From Selaginella moellendorffii (Eukaryota; Plantae; Lycopodiophyta), in NCBI RefSeq assembly GCF_000143415.4, contig NW_003314271.1:620001-684000 (forward strand): a DNA stretch of 64,000 nucleotides. The letters are read 5' to 3'. Positions 51,086 through 64,000 of the stretch are shown here, in pieces (within the stretch, counting starts at the first letter, position 1; every line of letters begins with the position of its first letter). The position numbers and the translations under genes were made by a program. Under the pieces are notes generated by a model, which worked only from the letters and a program-made list of their open reading frames with translations, was not told the origin of the DNA and searched no databases.

Positions 51086-52467
51086 TTAGTAAGACCGGGT
51101 CCTTTCGATCCCTCCCCCGTTCCTTGGGCCACCGGATTTCTCAAGAGACATGATAAACTTGCGCAAGTGCCTGATATACTCTGGATAGAGCTCCAAGTTG
51201 CAGTGACCCCCTCCTTTGAGCCACAGTGGCTCGTACTTTTCCTTGCAAAGATCCCACAGCTGCTTGCCGTGCGAGCAATCCACAACTTCGTCGCTGGTAC
51301 CCTGTGAAAAATGAAGATCAGATTCCTCACCTACAACTAGAACCAAGTGGGGAAAAGAAGAAAGAATAAAGAAGAAACTTTATCACTTACGTGAATGACG
51401 AGCACGGGACAATTCACGCGTCTTATCTTTTCAATGTTCTGCAAGGGACCGAAGGTAAGAAAATCAAATCAAAGAACTCTCTTTTCATACCTTGTAGATA
51501 TCAAACCAGTATGTTCTCTTGACGGGGTACATAACACGCAAGCCGGAGAGGATCGGACTGTGAAGAACAACGCCTCGAACTTTCGGGAGCCTGGCCGCCA
51601 GGTCCACTGTCGGGCCACTTCCCACGGACTGTCCATAGAGCACCACATCCTCTTGTCTCACGCCATAGTCTCGCTCCAAGCACTGATAGGCAGCTTCCAC
51701 GTCCGCGTACGTGTTTGCTTCACTCGGCTGGAAAAAGATGGACATTCCAAAGTGAAAACCTTAACCAGAGTTCATGGCCAAGTACAAGAACAATGAAAAA
51801 CTGCAAAGTTCCTGTAGCTAAAAGAGACAGTATAAAAGAGAATATCTACACAGAAAATGCCAGGCAAATAGTTATAAGAGGAGAGAATTCTATCGTACCT
51901 TTCCACTAGATGCTCCGTAGCCTGAATAATCGTATCTGCGCGAGGAAGAAAAAAATTCAAAAAATACGAAAACGAAACCAGTCAATGATAGAAACTTGGG
52001 ACAATAATCAATGAAACAATGGAAAAACAGCGAAAGAACGGCAGTGAGAAAGAACTCGAAAGAACTCAAACGAAACAAAGAGAAGGAAAAAAAAACAAAA
52101 AATCTCCAAGCACAGATCAGTGGAAGAGAGGAATTCCCATCCAAAAATCGAGATTTTGGGCTTACCCCATGACGTTCACCCGGAGATGGACGCTGAGCTC
52201 CACCAGGAGCTCATACATTTGTCCCAAATCCGCCGCATTCCCATGCGAGTAGAGCAGCGTGAGGCGCGCGGCGGAATGGTGGACGTAGATCCCCACAATG
52301 TCTTGCCCTCGCTTCGTCTTCATGCTCACCACATCGACGTGATCCCGGTTGAGAACATCCGAGAGGACCAAGCGGCCAGTGATCTGGTCCCGGATCACTG
52401 CGTACGACGGAGGCGTCGGGGGAAAGAAGGCAAACCTAGCTGCAACTGTGGATGTCACACCGCCCAT
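51086..52467 (-). CDS. ABHD17-like alpha/beta hydrolase (protein depalmitoylase family), intact; 5 exons
   Basis: [17 protein letters not shown] (possible myristoylation site), [29 protein letters not shown]. Catalytic triad in [13 protein letters not shown] and [13 protein letters not shown]. The C-terminal end is uncertain. Confidence 0.92.
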
Positions 52468-54013
52468 GGCTGAGAATCCACGAATTTGCTGGGAATCCTG
52501 GGAACAAGACGACGATTCTTGGGGCAGCCGCAGCTACGCGATCGCTGGAAATTCCGCCATGAGAGGAGCAGTGAGTGCTACATTGGGGAAAGGGATCTGG
52601 CCCAGCGCAGCGCCAGACCTAGGATAGTGCCCTACACAACGCAAGACGCAAGCAAACAAAAAGAAACACCATGCCAAGAATATGCGCCTCGGTTTAAATA
52701 AGAACACAAATTTTCTTATGGTGGTCAAATACAAGTCAACGAGAATTGTGTTGGGTCTTGAGTTCTTTGACCAATGACAATGACTTCGTCTTTTTGCCAA
52801 ATTGTCCAGTGATCACACAGTTTCACTGAGGTAGTGAATCTCAATTTATCTTTTGGGTGAAGAACAGATTAAAGTGAATTACTTTCAAAGGTAACTTTTT
52901 CCTCGATGATGAAAGGAAAGTTTAAGGAAGAGTTTAAGTGCGTATCCACGACAGCCATGCACAAGATGTTTCTACTATTTACTCACGTGAACATGACATG
53001 ACACACTTATAAGAAGTTTTTAAAGTGTACAAACCTTTGAACGGGTTGTTCAAAGCGAGTGTGTAATGACAATAGTGAATGGGAGCATTCAGCAAGATGT
53101 TAAGAAGACTGGGTGGCAAGTATTCCACCTGAAGATATCAAGTTTGGCCGCCAGAGAAAAGGAGGCAGCAAAGATTGTATCTATGCATCTGTAAGTTTTT
53201 GGTCATGGAAATTATCTGCATTGAATCAGCTACGGCTGTTTTGCTCTTCACAGAAGTGGTAAGAATCCTTGGTCTATATGGACTTTGCGTCAGCGTGTAA
53301 GCGATTTTAGAGATGCTTAGGTTCAAGTTTCCCTTGAGAAGTGGATGGCTTTTCTCCGTATGGATAGAAACCATGCAAACGCTGTGACAATTCCTCCAAA
53401 AGAGAAAAGGAAAGAACTCCTCCATAACCCAGGCCGGCACCAGCTGAAAGAGGAGATTGAAATCTTTCACGGAGGGCACCATATAAATGCATCTGTAACC
53501 TCGAGCTGAAGCTCTTAGTACACGATACTATCCAAGCCAGAATTCTTCTCTCAAACCGACACTTGCTGAGTCTTTACCACCTTCTTCTGTTTTGTAAATT
53601 CGTCCTGACAAACAAGGAATTCATGCCATGTGGTGGGAGGCTGATGAAGCTCAGCTTTGCAAAAAAGAAACAGGGAGGACACCTCGGGTTGTGTTGCTTC
53701 GAGCTGGCGGATAAGTGATTTACCCTAAGAGGAGGTTGCGGTCATGATATCTGGTCTTCTCGTACCTTAAAGGTTAGCCTGCACTGTTTTCTTTTCTCTC
53801 TTTTTTTTGTTGGGTAAGTCTCTAGCTAACTTTTCAGCTCAAAGATGGAATCTTATCTCTGCACGGGTGCCAAACCGTGACCATGCGAATTAGGAGGAAC
53901 AAAATCGGATCTCGCTAATGTCACGTAAACAGCGAAAGAATAGCCATTGCAAAGTTATCCAAAACTCTAGAGGAAGTGAGAGAGAGAGAGAGGTGAAAAA
54001 AGCTTGATAAACT

Positions 54014-55447
54014 TTACATTCCAAGAACCAATGTCCCGGGATCACGTAGCACCAAACTATTCTCTAACTTTTCTTGATCCGGGCACGATCCATCCAGGGA
54101 AACCCACCAGGTCTTGACTTGGCGATCCAATCCACCACTCACAACCCGGGCTCCAGCCCCGATAGACGAGGAAGAACAAGCAGCCATAGACACCGATTTC
54201 ACCGGGCCTTGATGCCCCTTGATCACGCACAAGCACGAGTGGATCGCTGTGAATCTCTCCCTCGACCACACGCGGATCGTCCTATCGGCGGATCCACTGC
54301 AAAGAAAGAAATGCCCATCTTGGATGCCGCTGGAAATCGCCAGGCACAGCACCGCCATGCAATGCCCCCGCAGGGCATCCACCGCCGCCATATGCATCGC
54401 CGTCTCCTCGCGCTCCCACACCACGATTGATCGATCGCTCGACGCCGAGTAGAGGTAGCCCGACGAGGAATCTAGCGCCAGGGCGTTCACTGACGATTTG
54501 TGGCGCTCCAGGACCGCGACGAGCGACAATCCAATCTGTGCCTTGTTCTTCCCTCCCAAGAAAGAAGAACTCTGGGAATTAGAACAGAGCTCCCATGCTT
54601 TGATCTTGCCATCGGCGGCAGCGGTGTAGACAAATTGCTGCGCGGCGGCCACGGCATTGATCGCATCGTCGTGGGCCGCGCGCACGGAATTCAGGCACTT
54701 CCAGTCAGCGGCGCGCCAGATCTTGAGCGATCGGTCCCAGGAGGCCGAGAAGACGAGATCTTTGGTGGCGGCCAGGCACGAGACCGCGTCGGCGTGCTGG
54801 ATCCAGAGCTTCTTCCGGTGGCGGCGCACCTGGATGTAGCTCGAGGGGAGGATGGATCGCGAGAGGACGTCCTTGACTGTGGGAAGAGTGTGGCAGAGCT
54901 CGATTTCCTCGCTAATTATTCCCTGTTCTTGGCGATGGCGCTTCTTCTTTCGCCACACACGAATCTTGCCGTCCTGGTGGGCGGTCAAGACGCGATTTTG
55001 ATGCTCCAGAATGGCTTTGATGCTGCCCCCGCGTGAGCCCACGGCCTCGAATTCTTTAGAAGCGCAGGGATTTTGGTGGATTCCATGGCTCTCGGTGCCG
55101 ACGAGGAGGAGCTCTGGGCTCTCTGTGGCGCAGAGGGCGGTGATGCCGGATTTGGAGGCGATGGCGGTGGAGGGCAGCGACTTGTAGGGGAAGTTCTTGA
55201 AGACGCAGCTGGTGTAGAGACACAGGAGCGCCGAATCGACGCTGCTACCGCGTTGAAAGGACGAGACCGATGGGAGGCTCGAGGCAGAGGACTGATGCGA
55301 ATAAGAAGATCTGATGGAGAGTTTAAAATCGATGGAAGACGAGGAATTGGAACATCGGGAGAAGGAAGAAGTCGAAGAGCAAGAAGCTGTTGACGATTCT
55401 AGCGAACTTGCCTGATCAGCTGCGCTATTGCAAAGCCCGAGCTCCAT
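54014..55447 (-). CDS. Intronless WD40-repeat protein, JINGUBANG-like
   Basis: TAHQDGKIRVW, YIQVRRHRKKLWIQHADAVSCL, SASWDRSLKIW, AHDDAINAV, GHQGPVK. Ser-rich N-terminus. Confidence 0.88.
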   Translation of the reverse strand: MELGLCNSAADQASSLESSTASCSSTSSFSRCSNSSSSIDFKLSIRSSYSHQSSASSLPSVSSFQRGSSVDSALLCLYTSCVFKNFPYKSLPSTAIASKSGITALCATESPELLLVGTESHGIHQNPCASKEFEAVGSRGGSIKAILEHQNRVLTAHQDGKIRVWRKKKRHRQEQGIISEEIELCHTLPTVKDVLSRSILPSSYIQVRRHRKKLWIQHADAVSCLAATKDLVFSASWDRSLKIWRAADWKCLNSVRAAHDDAINAVAAAQQFVYTAAADGKIKAWELCSNSQSSSFLGGKNKAQIGLSLVAVLERHKSSVNALALDSSSGYLYSASSDRSIVVWEREETAMHMAAVDALRGHCMAVLCLAISSGIQDGHFFLCSGSADRTIRVWSRERFTAIHSCLCVIKGHQGPVKSVSMAACSSSSIGAGARVVSGGLDRQVKTWWVSLDGSCPDQEKLENSLVLRDPGTLVLGM

Positions 55448-56748
55448 TTTCGGCTGTAAGGAGAGACCCTTTTAGCAAAATGGAGCCAGGAGAGCGATTC
55501 CGCGGGGTCAGCACGCGAAGTTCATGGATGATCGGATTTTTCGTTTGGTCAGCCAAGCGAGAGAGAAGGAGATGGAAGGGAAACTTCTATCAACGGTCGT
55601 ATTTAAAGAAAGGAGATATGAAAGATCCGGTTGTTCCACGCGGGCATCGTTCCAGCTAGAAGGCACTGTGACAGTGCCTTTTCTTTTGCTTATCTTATCC
55701 ATACTTTTCACTAAATTGATTGATTCATAGTTTAATCCACGAAGGCATTAGGCATTCCTCGAGAAAGTGTCCCTTGATCCGCTAAAGAATCGTTTCTTCT
55801 TTCTCTACAACAAACTAAACAATTGATTCGACGGTAGCTTTTGGTTTGCCCGACCGGACCAACGAACAAGTTGCGCTTAAAAAACTTGGAAGTCTTTTCG
55901 CTACAAGGGATTTGTTTTTCAAAGGAAATCTTCCCAGTCGTTGATCGATGATCGATGGGCCGCCGCCTTTAAAACACACACTTTCCTGGTCGATTGAACG
56001 ATAATCTATAGACTATTAGCTGTGATCTCATGGAGGGTCTCATCCGTTATATGTTTTGTAGCCATCTTTGGACTAGCAAGCAAATCATTCTTTTTGCTAC
56101 TTTCCTAACACGCCAAAGATCCATAGCTGTGTACGCGGGGAGCCATTCACGACCACGATCGATCATATTCTCTGTTTTTCCAATTCTTTTTGTTCACGAT
56201 CATCAAGCGCGATTGTACCGGGCCGTGCTAACTTGCCGGGCGATCCAGAGAAATAAAGTGGTGACGTTTCCTCTCGCGGATAAGATTGGAGATTTCAAGG
56301 CCCAAAGGGTGAGTGGGGCGCTAGCAGGAAAGCAATCGTTCCCCTCAGTGGAATCGTGGTCCCCCAAGCAAAAACTTCCAGAGCTGCGAGACGAAATCCC
56401 AGCCGTCCGATTTCTACACTTTCTTCTAGAGCGCGCGAAAAAGTATTCTAAAGCGCGTAGCATACCCTTAGTGTATCATATCATATTTGTCTGTTTATAT
56501 ACGAGAATATTTAAAGCGTATAGACAAGCTATCACGTTAGTGACAGTAACTTTGGAGCTAGCTCTAGCAGCGTATAAAAAATGCAAGCTATCTGTATGTC
56601 ACAGCAAGCAAAGAAACAATCCACCTGATGCGAGCAAATCACGAGAAGCAAAGATCCAAACAAAAACAAAAAAAAAAAAAAACTAAGAAACCACTCACCA
56701 AGCCAGGAAAAAAGGAAGAACAATGAGCGCGGAGGAAAGGATCGAGAG

Positions 56749-58930
<2,182 letters not shown>

Positions 58931-59079
58931 CCGCGAGGAGACCTAGAACAAACACAAACAAACCCTAAAGCGCCATAGCCTAGTTATATTCCATTTTTGA
59001 CCTTTTTCTCCCTTTTGATACTGGTGTTTGGCGCAGCGGCGCGAATTGACAATGGCAGAGGAGAGGCGCGATTCATTCC

Positions 59080-60904
59080 ATGGATCACCCCAGGAAGAAT
59101 TTCACCCCAGCGGCCGCATTCGCGGCGTTTGGATTCGCGTGCGTCTCGCTAGGGCTTTATGTCGCGCTGCTTCCTCCGGAATATCTCGATCGCGGCTCTC
59201 TCCCTGCGGGATTGTGGGCGAGAGCTCCGGATCTCTCTTCCGCGGAGATCCTCTTGCGGCGGGTTGCTGAGAATGGGACGCAGGGATGCCACAACGTATC
59301 CACCGCAGCTGCTGTCTTGTTTGGGATTCCTCGAGCGGAGGATGGAGGCGAGATTACGCTGGCCGCGGATGAAGTTCACAAGTTCTGGATCGTTTCGTAT
59401 GCTGCCGATGGATCCAGGCGATGCTCGGGGGGAGATTTCTACGAGACCGACATCTCAGGTACTTTTCTTCGCGCTTTTCTTTCACAGATTAGAATTTTCA
59501 AGGCCAAGCTCTTTTGTTCTTGAGCTTGTTTCCTTCTTGTTTCTCTGGAAGTTGCTTGCTTTCTTTGCTAGCGTTTAGACTTCGTTTAGATTCCCGAGTC
59601 TCTCATTCCATCTTGTTTGATATGGTTTTCCTGATAGTACCTTGTGTGTGTGATTGCTCTTTCGCTGCAAATTCCTTCCATTGATTAAAACTTTCGATTG
59701 GTATCAAGCAGGTCCGACTTGGAAATCACGTCCACCGGTGACGGACTTGGGAGACGGCGCCTACCTGGTGGAACTCAAAGTCAATGGCGACTTCGCTAGA
59801 AGCTACAACTTCACGGTCAGTCTTGTCTACACGAACTTCCACGGGCTGGATCACGTCCCGAATAAGTGGGCCTTCAAGAAAGAGATGTTCCGCCTGCTCA
59901 TCAACTTCACGGCCGGGAGTCGTCGGCGTAAACACCAGCTCCACACTTGCGCCGCCAGCGACTTAAGATCGACGACTTCACCACCATCCCAATGGCAGGG
60001 AAGATGGTCCAGGACCAAATTCAACAGCTCATGTCAGCTAGACAAGAACGGCCGCTACCTTTGCTTGGATCCAGCCGAGCAGTGCGACGAGAGCCAGTGC
60101 TCCGGAGCCATCAACAGCCTGGAGAGCAACGGCTGGGTCTACTCCGCGCACTGCAAGTTTCGGATCTGGAACTCTGCTGAGGCCTGGCAGTGTCTCGACG
60201 GGAAGAAGCTCTTCTTTTGGGGGGACTCGAATCACCAAGACACCGTCCGGAACCTCCTCAACTTCGTCCTGGGACACCAGCTGAAATTCGTGGATAGGAT
60301 CTTCGTCGCCAACTTCACCAATCCAGCAAACCCGTCGCAGGTGGTCCGGCTGGCCTCGATTTTCAACGGGCACCCGGATCCACATCACAACTTCCTGGGC
60401 CTGGGATCGTTGTATGTTCCTCAGTACCGCGATTTCGTCCAGTCAGTAGTCCGCCAGGGTGGTATGCCGGACGCAGTGATCCTCAACTCGGGCATCCACG
60501 ACGGCATGAACTGGAAGACAATGGCGGAGTTCCTCGAGGCTGCCAGGAACGCGTCCGTGTTTTGGAAGGATTTGCTCGGGGACGAGAGCAAAGCTCGGGT
60601 GGTGTTTCGCTCCACGGTTGCTACCGGCCTCGGGTTTAGAGATCTGGGGTCCAATCCACACAAGATGGAAGCTTTCAATTCCATCCTGGGCGAGGAGCTC
60701 GCCAAGGAGCTCGGGGGCTTGGAGCACTTCATGTTCGTGGACGACTATGATATCACTTTCCCGTGGCACTATGATTTCTGCTGTAGCGATGGCGCTCACT
60801 TTGGACAGCCACCGGCCTTGAAGAATTGGTTTGATCGAATTGGACACTTTTACTTTGTGGATCTAATGCTTGTGCATATACTGCTCACTGCTATTTGCTC
60901 GTAA
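59080..60904 (+). CDS. Type-II membrane protein with an Ig/filamin-like segment and an SGNH/PC-esterase-like (GDS...DxxH) domain
   Basis: N-terminal TM (AAFAAFGFACVSLGLYVALL), GGDFYETDISG|PTWKSRPPVTDLGDGAY, FWGDSNHQD, NSGIHD, SDGAHF. Intron 59459-59711. Confidence 0.8.
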
Positions 60905-61099
60905 AACTATGGTCATCTTTCACTAAAAGGTTCATAGATAACACTTTTAAGATTCGAGATCAATAAAAATGAGAGATTTTTTGCTCATACTTGCATCTGT
61001 GATGAGGTAAATCACGCTTGGAATTCAAACTTTCCCTTCTTCAAGATGAGCTTGCATTTGTAACGCAAACTCTTCATCACGGCCCGTTTCTTAGTAATC

Positions 61100-61880
61100 G
61101 TCTTTACCATGGTTTTACTGTGCTGTATTTTCACAGCCTCTAGCAGCACCATGGTGAACGTGCCCCTGGTCACACCTCTCACTGAGTAGCTCCAGCGCGG
61201 TGACCACGTGGCCTCTCCCCAGCAGCCGCTTGACCACCTCTTGACTTGACTTTTTGATGGCCATGACTCGCGAGAGCCATGCCGACATCTTTGGGCCCTC
61301 ACGTAGCATGGCCTCAATACTCTCCGGGAATGCGCACCACCTTTTGCTCCTGAGCGCCACCTTGAGTGAATTTCCCTGTTTGCGATTCCCGCGTCATTTA
61401 GAAGCCCCGATTCCTTGACCAGAGCCATGGCATAGGCGTCTTGCGAATCTGGCCGCCACCTTTTCGCCGGGGTCGAGGCGCACGCCCGCGAGCTTGGCGC
61501 GCTTGAACAGCGAGAGGGCATCTTTCAGATGCGTGGTTCATTCGAAGAGCATCTGGTGCGCTTCCTCGGGATTGTCATGCAGATCTAGCACCGCGGCAAC
61601 TTTCTCCTCGTAGCCGCAAGCATTGTCGTGCTGGAAAGCGCCCGAGCAGTTCACTCGCATCAGCGTTGTTCGCCTTTGCTTCCATGTGGGCGAGATGGAA
61701 GAAGCTCACGGTGTAGTAGCGGATCAAAACCTTGTACACCTTGGGATCCAGTGCGCTGCTCGGGTGCTCCTCCAGCATTTGCCGGAAGAGCACCTTCACA
61801 GTCCAACGACAGCGTATGGGACGGCGCAATTCCAAGCGCCCCTTTGAAGAAGTCCCTCGTGTAACCCAGCGTTTTCATGG
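61100..61880 (-). pseudogene. Decayed PPR-like gene remnant
   Basis: Frameshifted fragments KVLFRQMLEEH...DPKVYKVLIRYY and DALSLFKRAKLAGVRLDP resemble PPR helices. No continuous ORF. Confidence 0.35.
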
Positions 61881-61913
61881 TACCGAGGTGACGACAGCGA
61901 GCGAGAAGTGGGA

Positions 61914-61972
61914 TGTGTGTGTGTGTGTGTGAGAAGAGAGAGAGAGAGAGCGAGAGAGAGCGAGAGAGAGAG
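61914..61972. repeat. Compound (GT)n(GA)n microsatellite
   Basis: Directly visible, immediately upstream of the E3 ligase gene. Confidence 0.95.
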
Positions 61973-62059
61973 ACTTTAGGGCACCAGGAAGTTTTGAGAG
62001 TTTTTAGGGCACCAGGGAGAGAGGTAGATTCATGGTTTTAATATTAGATTTTTTAGGGA

Positions 62060-64000
62060 ATGGAGATATGGAGGCTCGACGCCGCGGAGCCAATCGTCGA
62101 GCAGGTACTAGCGGCACAGCCATGGGAGGCGCTTCAGCGGCGTAAGCTATTCCTCCTCAATCACGTCGATGGCGAGATCGAGGACGAGGACGGCGACTGC
62201 GCCAATGGCTTCATCCTCGCCGATCCAATACCCTCGCCCTACCTCGGATCGCTGTACGTCGGCGCTTGCAGCGGCCGCAAGCACAAGCGCGAGATCGAGG
62301 TCGCCGATCGCCAGCCGGAGCACCAGATTCACGCCAGCGATGCGTGGTTCTGGTGTAATCTCTGCAACAAGGAGGTTTCTTTGGAATCCCTGGCGCTCGC
62401 GAGCTCCTCCGGGTGTTCTTGCCTCTTTTGCCGCGGCTGCCTGGAATCGGTGGTGTCCAGCGCGATCAAGGACGTTCTTCGCAGGAATCCTCCCCAGGTT
62501 TTGGATCCCGGCCCCAGCAGCAAGTCTCAATCGAAATGCCCCAAGCTGATGATCGATCTCACGAAGGATGACGACGATGGCGACGACGATTGTAGCATCG
62601 TTGGCGAGGTAGCGTCTTCTTCTTCGTTTTCTTCTTTGTGGGACTATCTCCCATGTCCGTCACCATTCTGCCGGGGGAAGTTCCGGCTTACAGACATCCA
62701 GTCCGTCTCTCCGGATTGTTTCGCCCAGTGGGAGGCAGCAGCGAGCGATGCTCTCGTCAAGAACAGTGGCTCCTTCGTCAAGTGTCCGGGTTGCCAGGTC
62801 GTGATCGAGAAAGTCGAGAGTGATTTGCCTCCGGGGCTGGCTCTTTCCGGGGTGCCGGAGTTTGACAGAACGGTTCCTTTCACCGAGCTCGACGACGATG
62901 GCAATCGTCTCTCTCGCCGCGCCATGGTGGACAAGGCCGTGAATCGCTTCCGGTGCGTGGTTTGCAGCATGGACTTTTGTGCTGCGTGCTTGCAACGCCC
63001 CTACCACCTGGGAAAGACTTGCGAGGAGTTCTCGCTCGAGAAGAAGGCTCTGCGGTGCATCTACTGCCATCAAGTGTGTCGGCACGAGATCAAGTCGCTC
63101 GTCGGTGGGAATGATGTTGAGAGTTCTTCGGTGAAGGATATACGAAGTCGGCTTGAGCAGGAAGGGGTGGACAGTGGATGGTGCGTGGAGAAAAGTGATC
63201 TTGTCGCGGTGGAGAGGTTGTGCGATCGTGTCTGCCAGGAAATGGAGTGTAGGCAACGGTTGAAACAAGCTTGCACGCGCAACTTACACTGCGGACACCA
63301 CTGCTGTGGAGTGAGAGGTGAACGAAATTGCCTACCTTGTCTAGAGGTACCTTGTTAGGATTGCCTTGTGTCCTTGTGTGTTCTTCCTCGGTTTTATGCT
63401 TTTGGTGGTGGTGGATGCTTCCTTCTTGACGTTCATTTTTCTTCGTGTTTGTTTCCTTGCTTCGAGTTCGTTGAGCTCCTGATTTTGTTTTGTGCTGATG
63501 TAAACGACTGTTTTTTCTTCGTTTATCTCCTCGTCTCCAGTTTTTCATGAATCTATTTCACTTTCTTTTTTGGCAAAATAGTTCACACTCTCTACTTCTT
63601 CCTATACAGGAGGAATGCCAGAAGCAGAAGCTCTCGGGAAAGGCATTGGCGTCTGCTGATGACTTTTGTGGCATTTGCTTGGTGGAGGCGCTTCGTTCGG
63701 CCCCTTCAATTCTGCTTCAGTGTGGCCACATTGTGCACTTGCATTGTGCCAAGCGACAAATCCAGCAGGGATGTCCTGGCCCTCAAATCTCATTCGGGTA
63801 TTTAAAGTGCCCCCAGTGCAAGCTTCTTATGAAGCACAGTAAGCTGGACGCGGACATGCACAAGCATTTGACGACAATGGGCCAGGTAAGCAACACGCTG
63901 GTTTTAAACTTCTTGGAACTCTTTCATTGTTGCGTTTGCAGATCAAAGCCAGAGCAATCAAACGTTTGAAACTGGAAGGAGTTTATGACAAGCTCAAGGC
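62060..64000 (+). CDS. Multi-zinc-finger E3 ubiquitin ligase: RING1/IBR-like N-terminal part plus a MYCBP2/Highwire/RPM-1-type RING-H2 (truncated by the window end)
   Basis: Exons 62060-63346, 63610-63885 and 63942-end. Contains CGHHCCGVRGERNCLPCL, DDFCGICLVEALRSAPSILLQCGHIVHLHC...PGPQISFGYLKCPQCK and IKARAIKRLKLEG. Confidence 0.82.

Noticed and set aside
9039-52467. A lipid or secondary-metabolite biosynthetic gene cluster (DAGK-like, Egt1, VTE5, ABHD17)
   Set aside because: These enzymes share no established pathway and are interspersed with unrelated housekeeping genes. No Egt2-like lyase or transporter lies beside Egt1.
53138-53492. Short minus-strand ORFs in the 52.5-54 kb interval
   Set aside because: No recognisable homology or coherent splice structure that I could support.
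56030-56686. 218-aa plus-strand ORF between the WD40 gene and poly(A) polymerase
   Set aside because: No motifs. It runs through A-tracts and the antisense 3'UTR of PAP, so it is likely a chance ORF.

Overview
Gene-dense plant genomic DNA with very short (~55-90 nt) GT-AG introns. The intron size and gene content suggest a lycophyte such as Selaginella (inference). Left arm (0-25 kb): a SIRK1/GHR1-type LRR receptor kinase; a CCCH-LOTUS-RRM protein that splices into a C-terminal RING; eEF1A; an atypical DAG-kinase-like gene; a SEC12-like gene; a five-exon EgtD-EgtB (Egt1-type) fusion for ergothioneine biosynthesis; a KCH kinesin-14; and the Pol I/III subunit AC40. Middle (25-52.5 kb): a repeatedly duplicated block [AC40 - phytol kinase - cyanovirin-N-like secreted protein - ABHD17 hydrolase]. 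Each housekeeping gene survives once, while the cyanovirin-like gene survives three times. The block is interrupted by a TE nest: copia and gypsy fragments, a chromovirus, and a non-autonomous LTR element with satellite-bearing LTRs and an ATCTC TSD. A TA-flanked MITE lies nearby. Right arm: a WD40 (JINGUBANG-like) gene, poly(A) polymerase, an SGNH/PC-esterase-like protein, a decayed PPR-like remnant, and the 5' part of an E3 ligase with a MYCBP2/Highwire-type RING. The most notable findings are the intron-containing plant Egt1, the MYCBP2-like ligase, the CVNH lectin cluster and the RNA-binding RING fusion. All family assignments come from motif recognition by eye, not from database searches.
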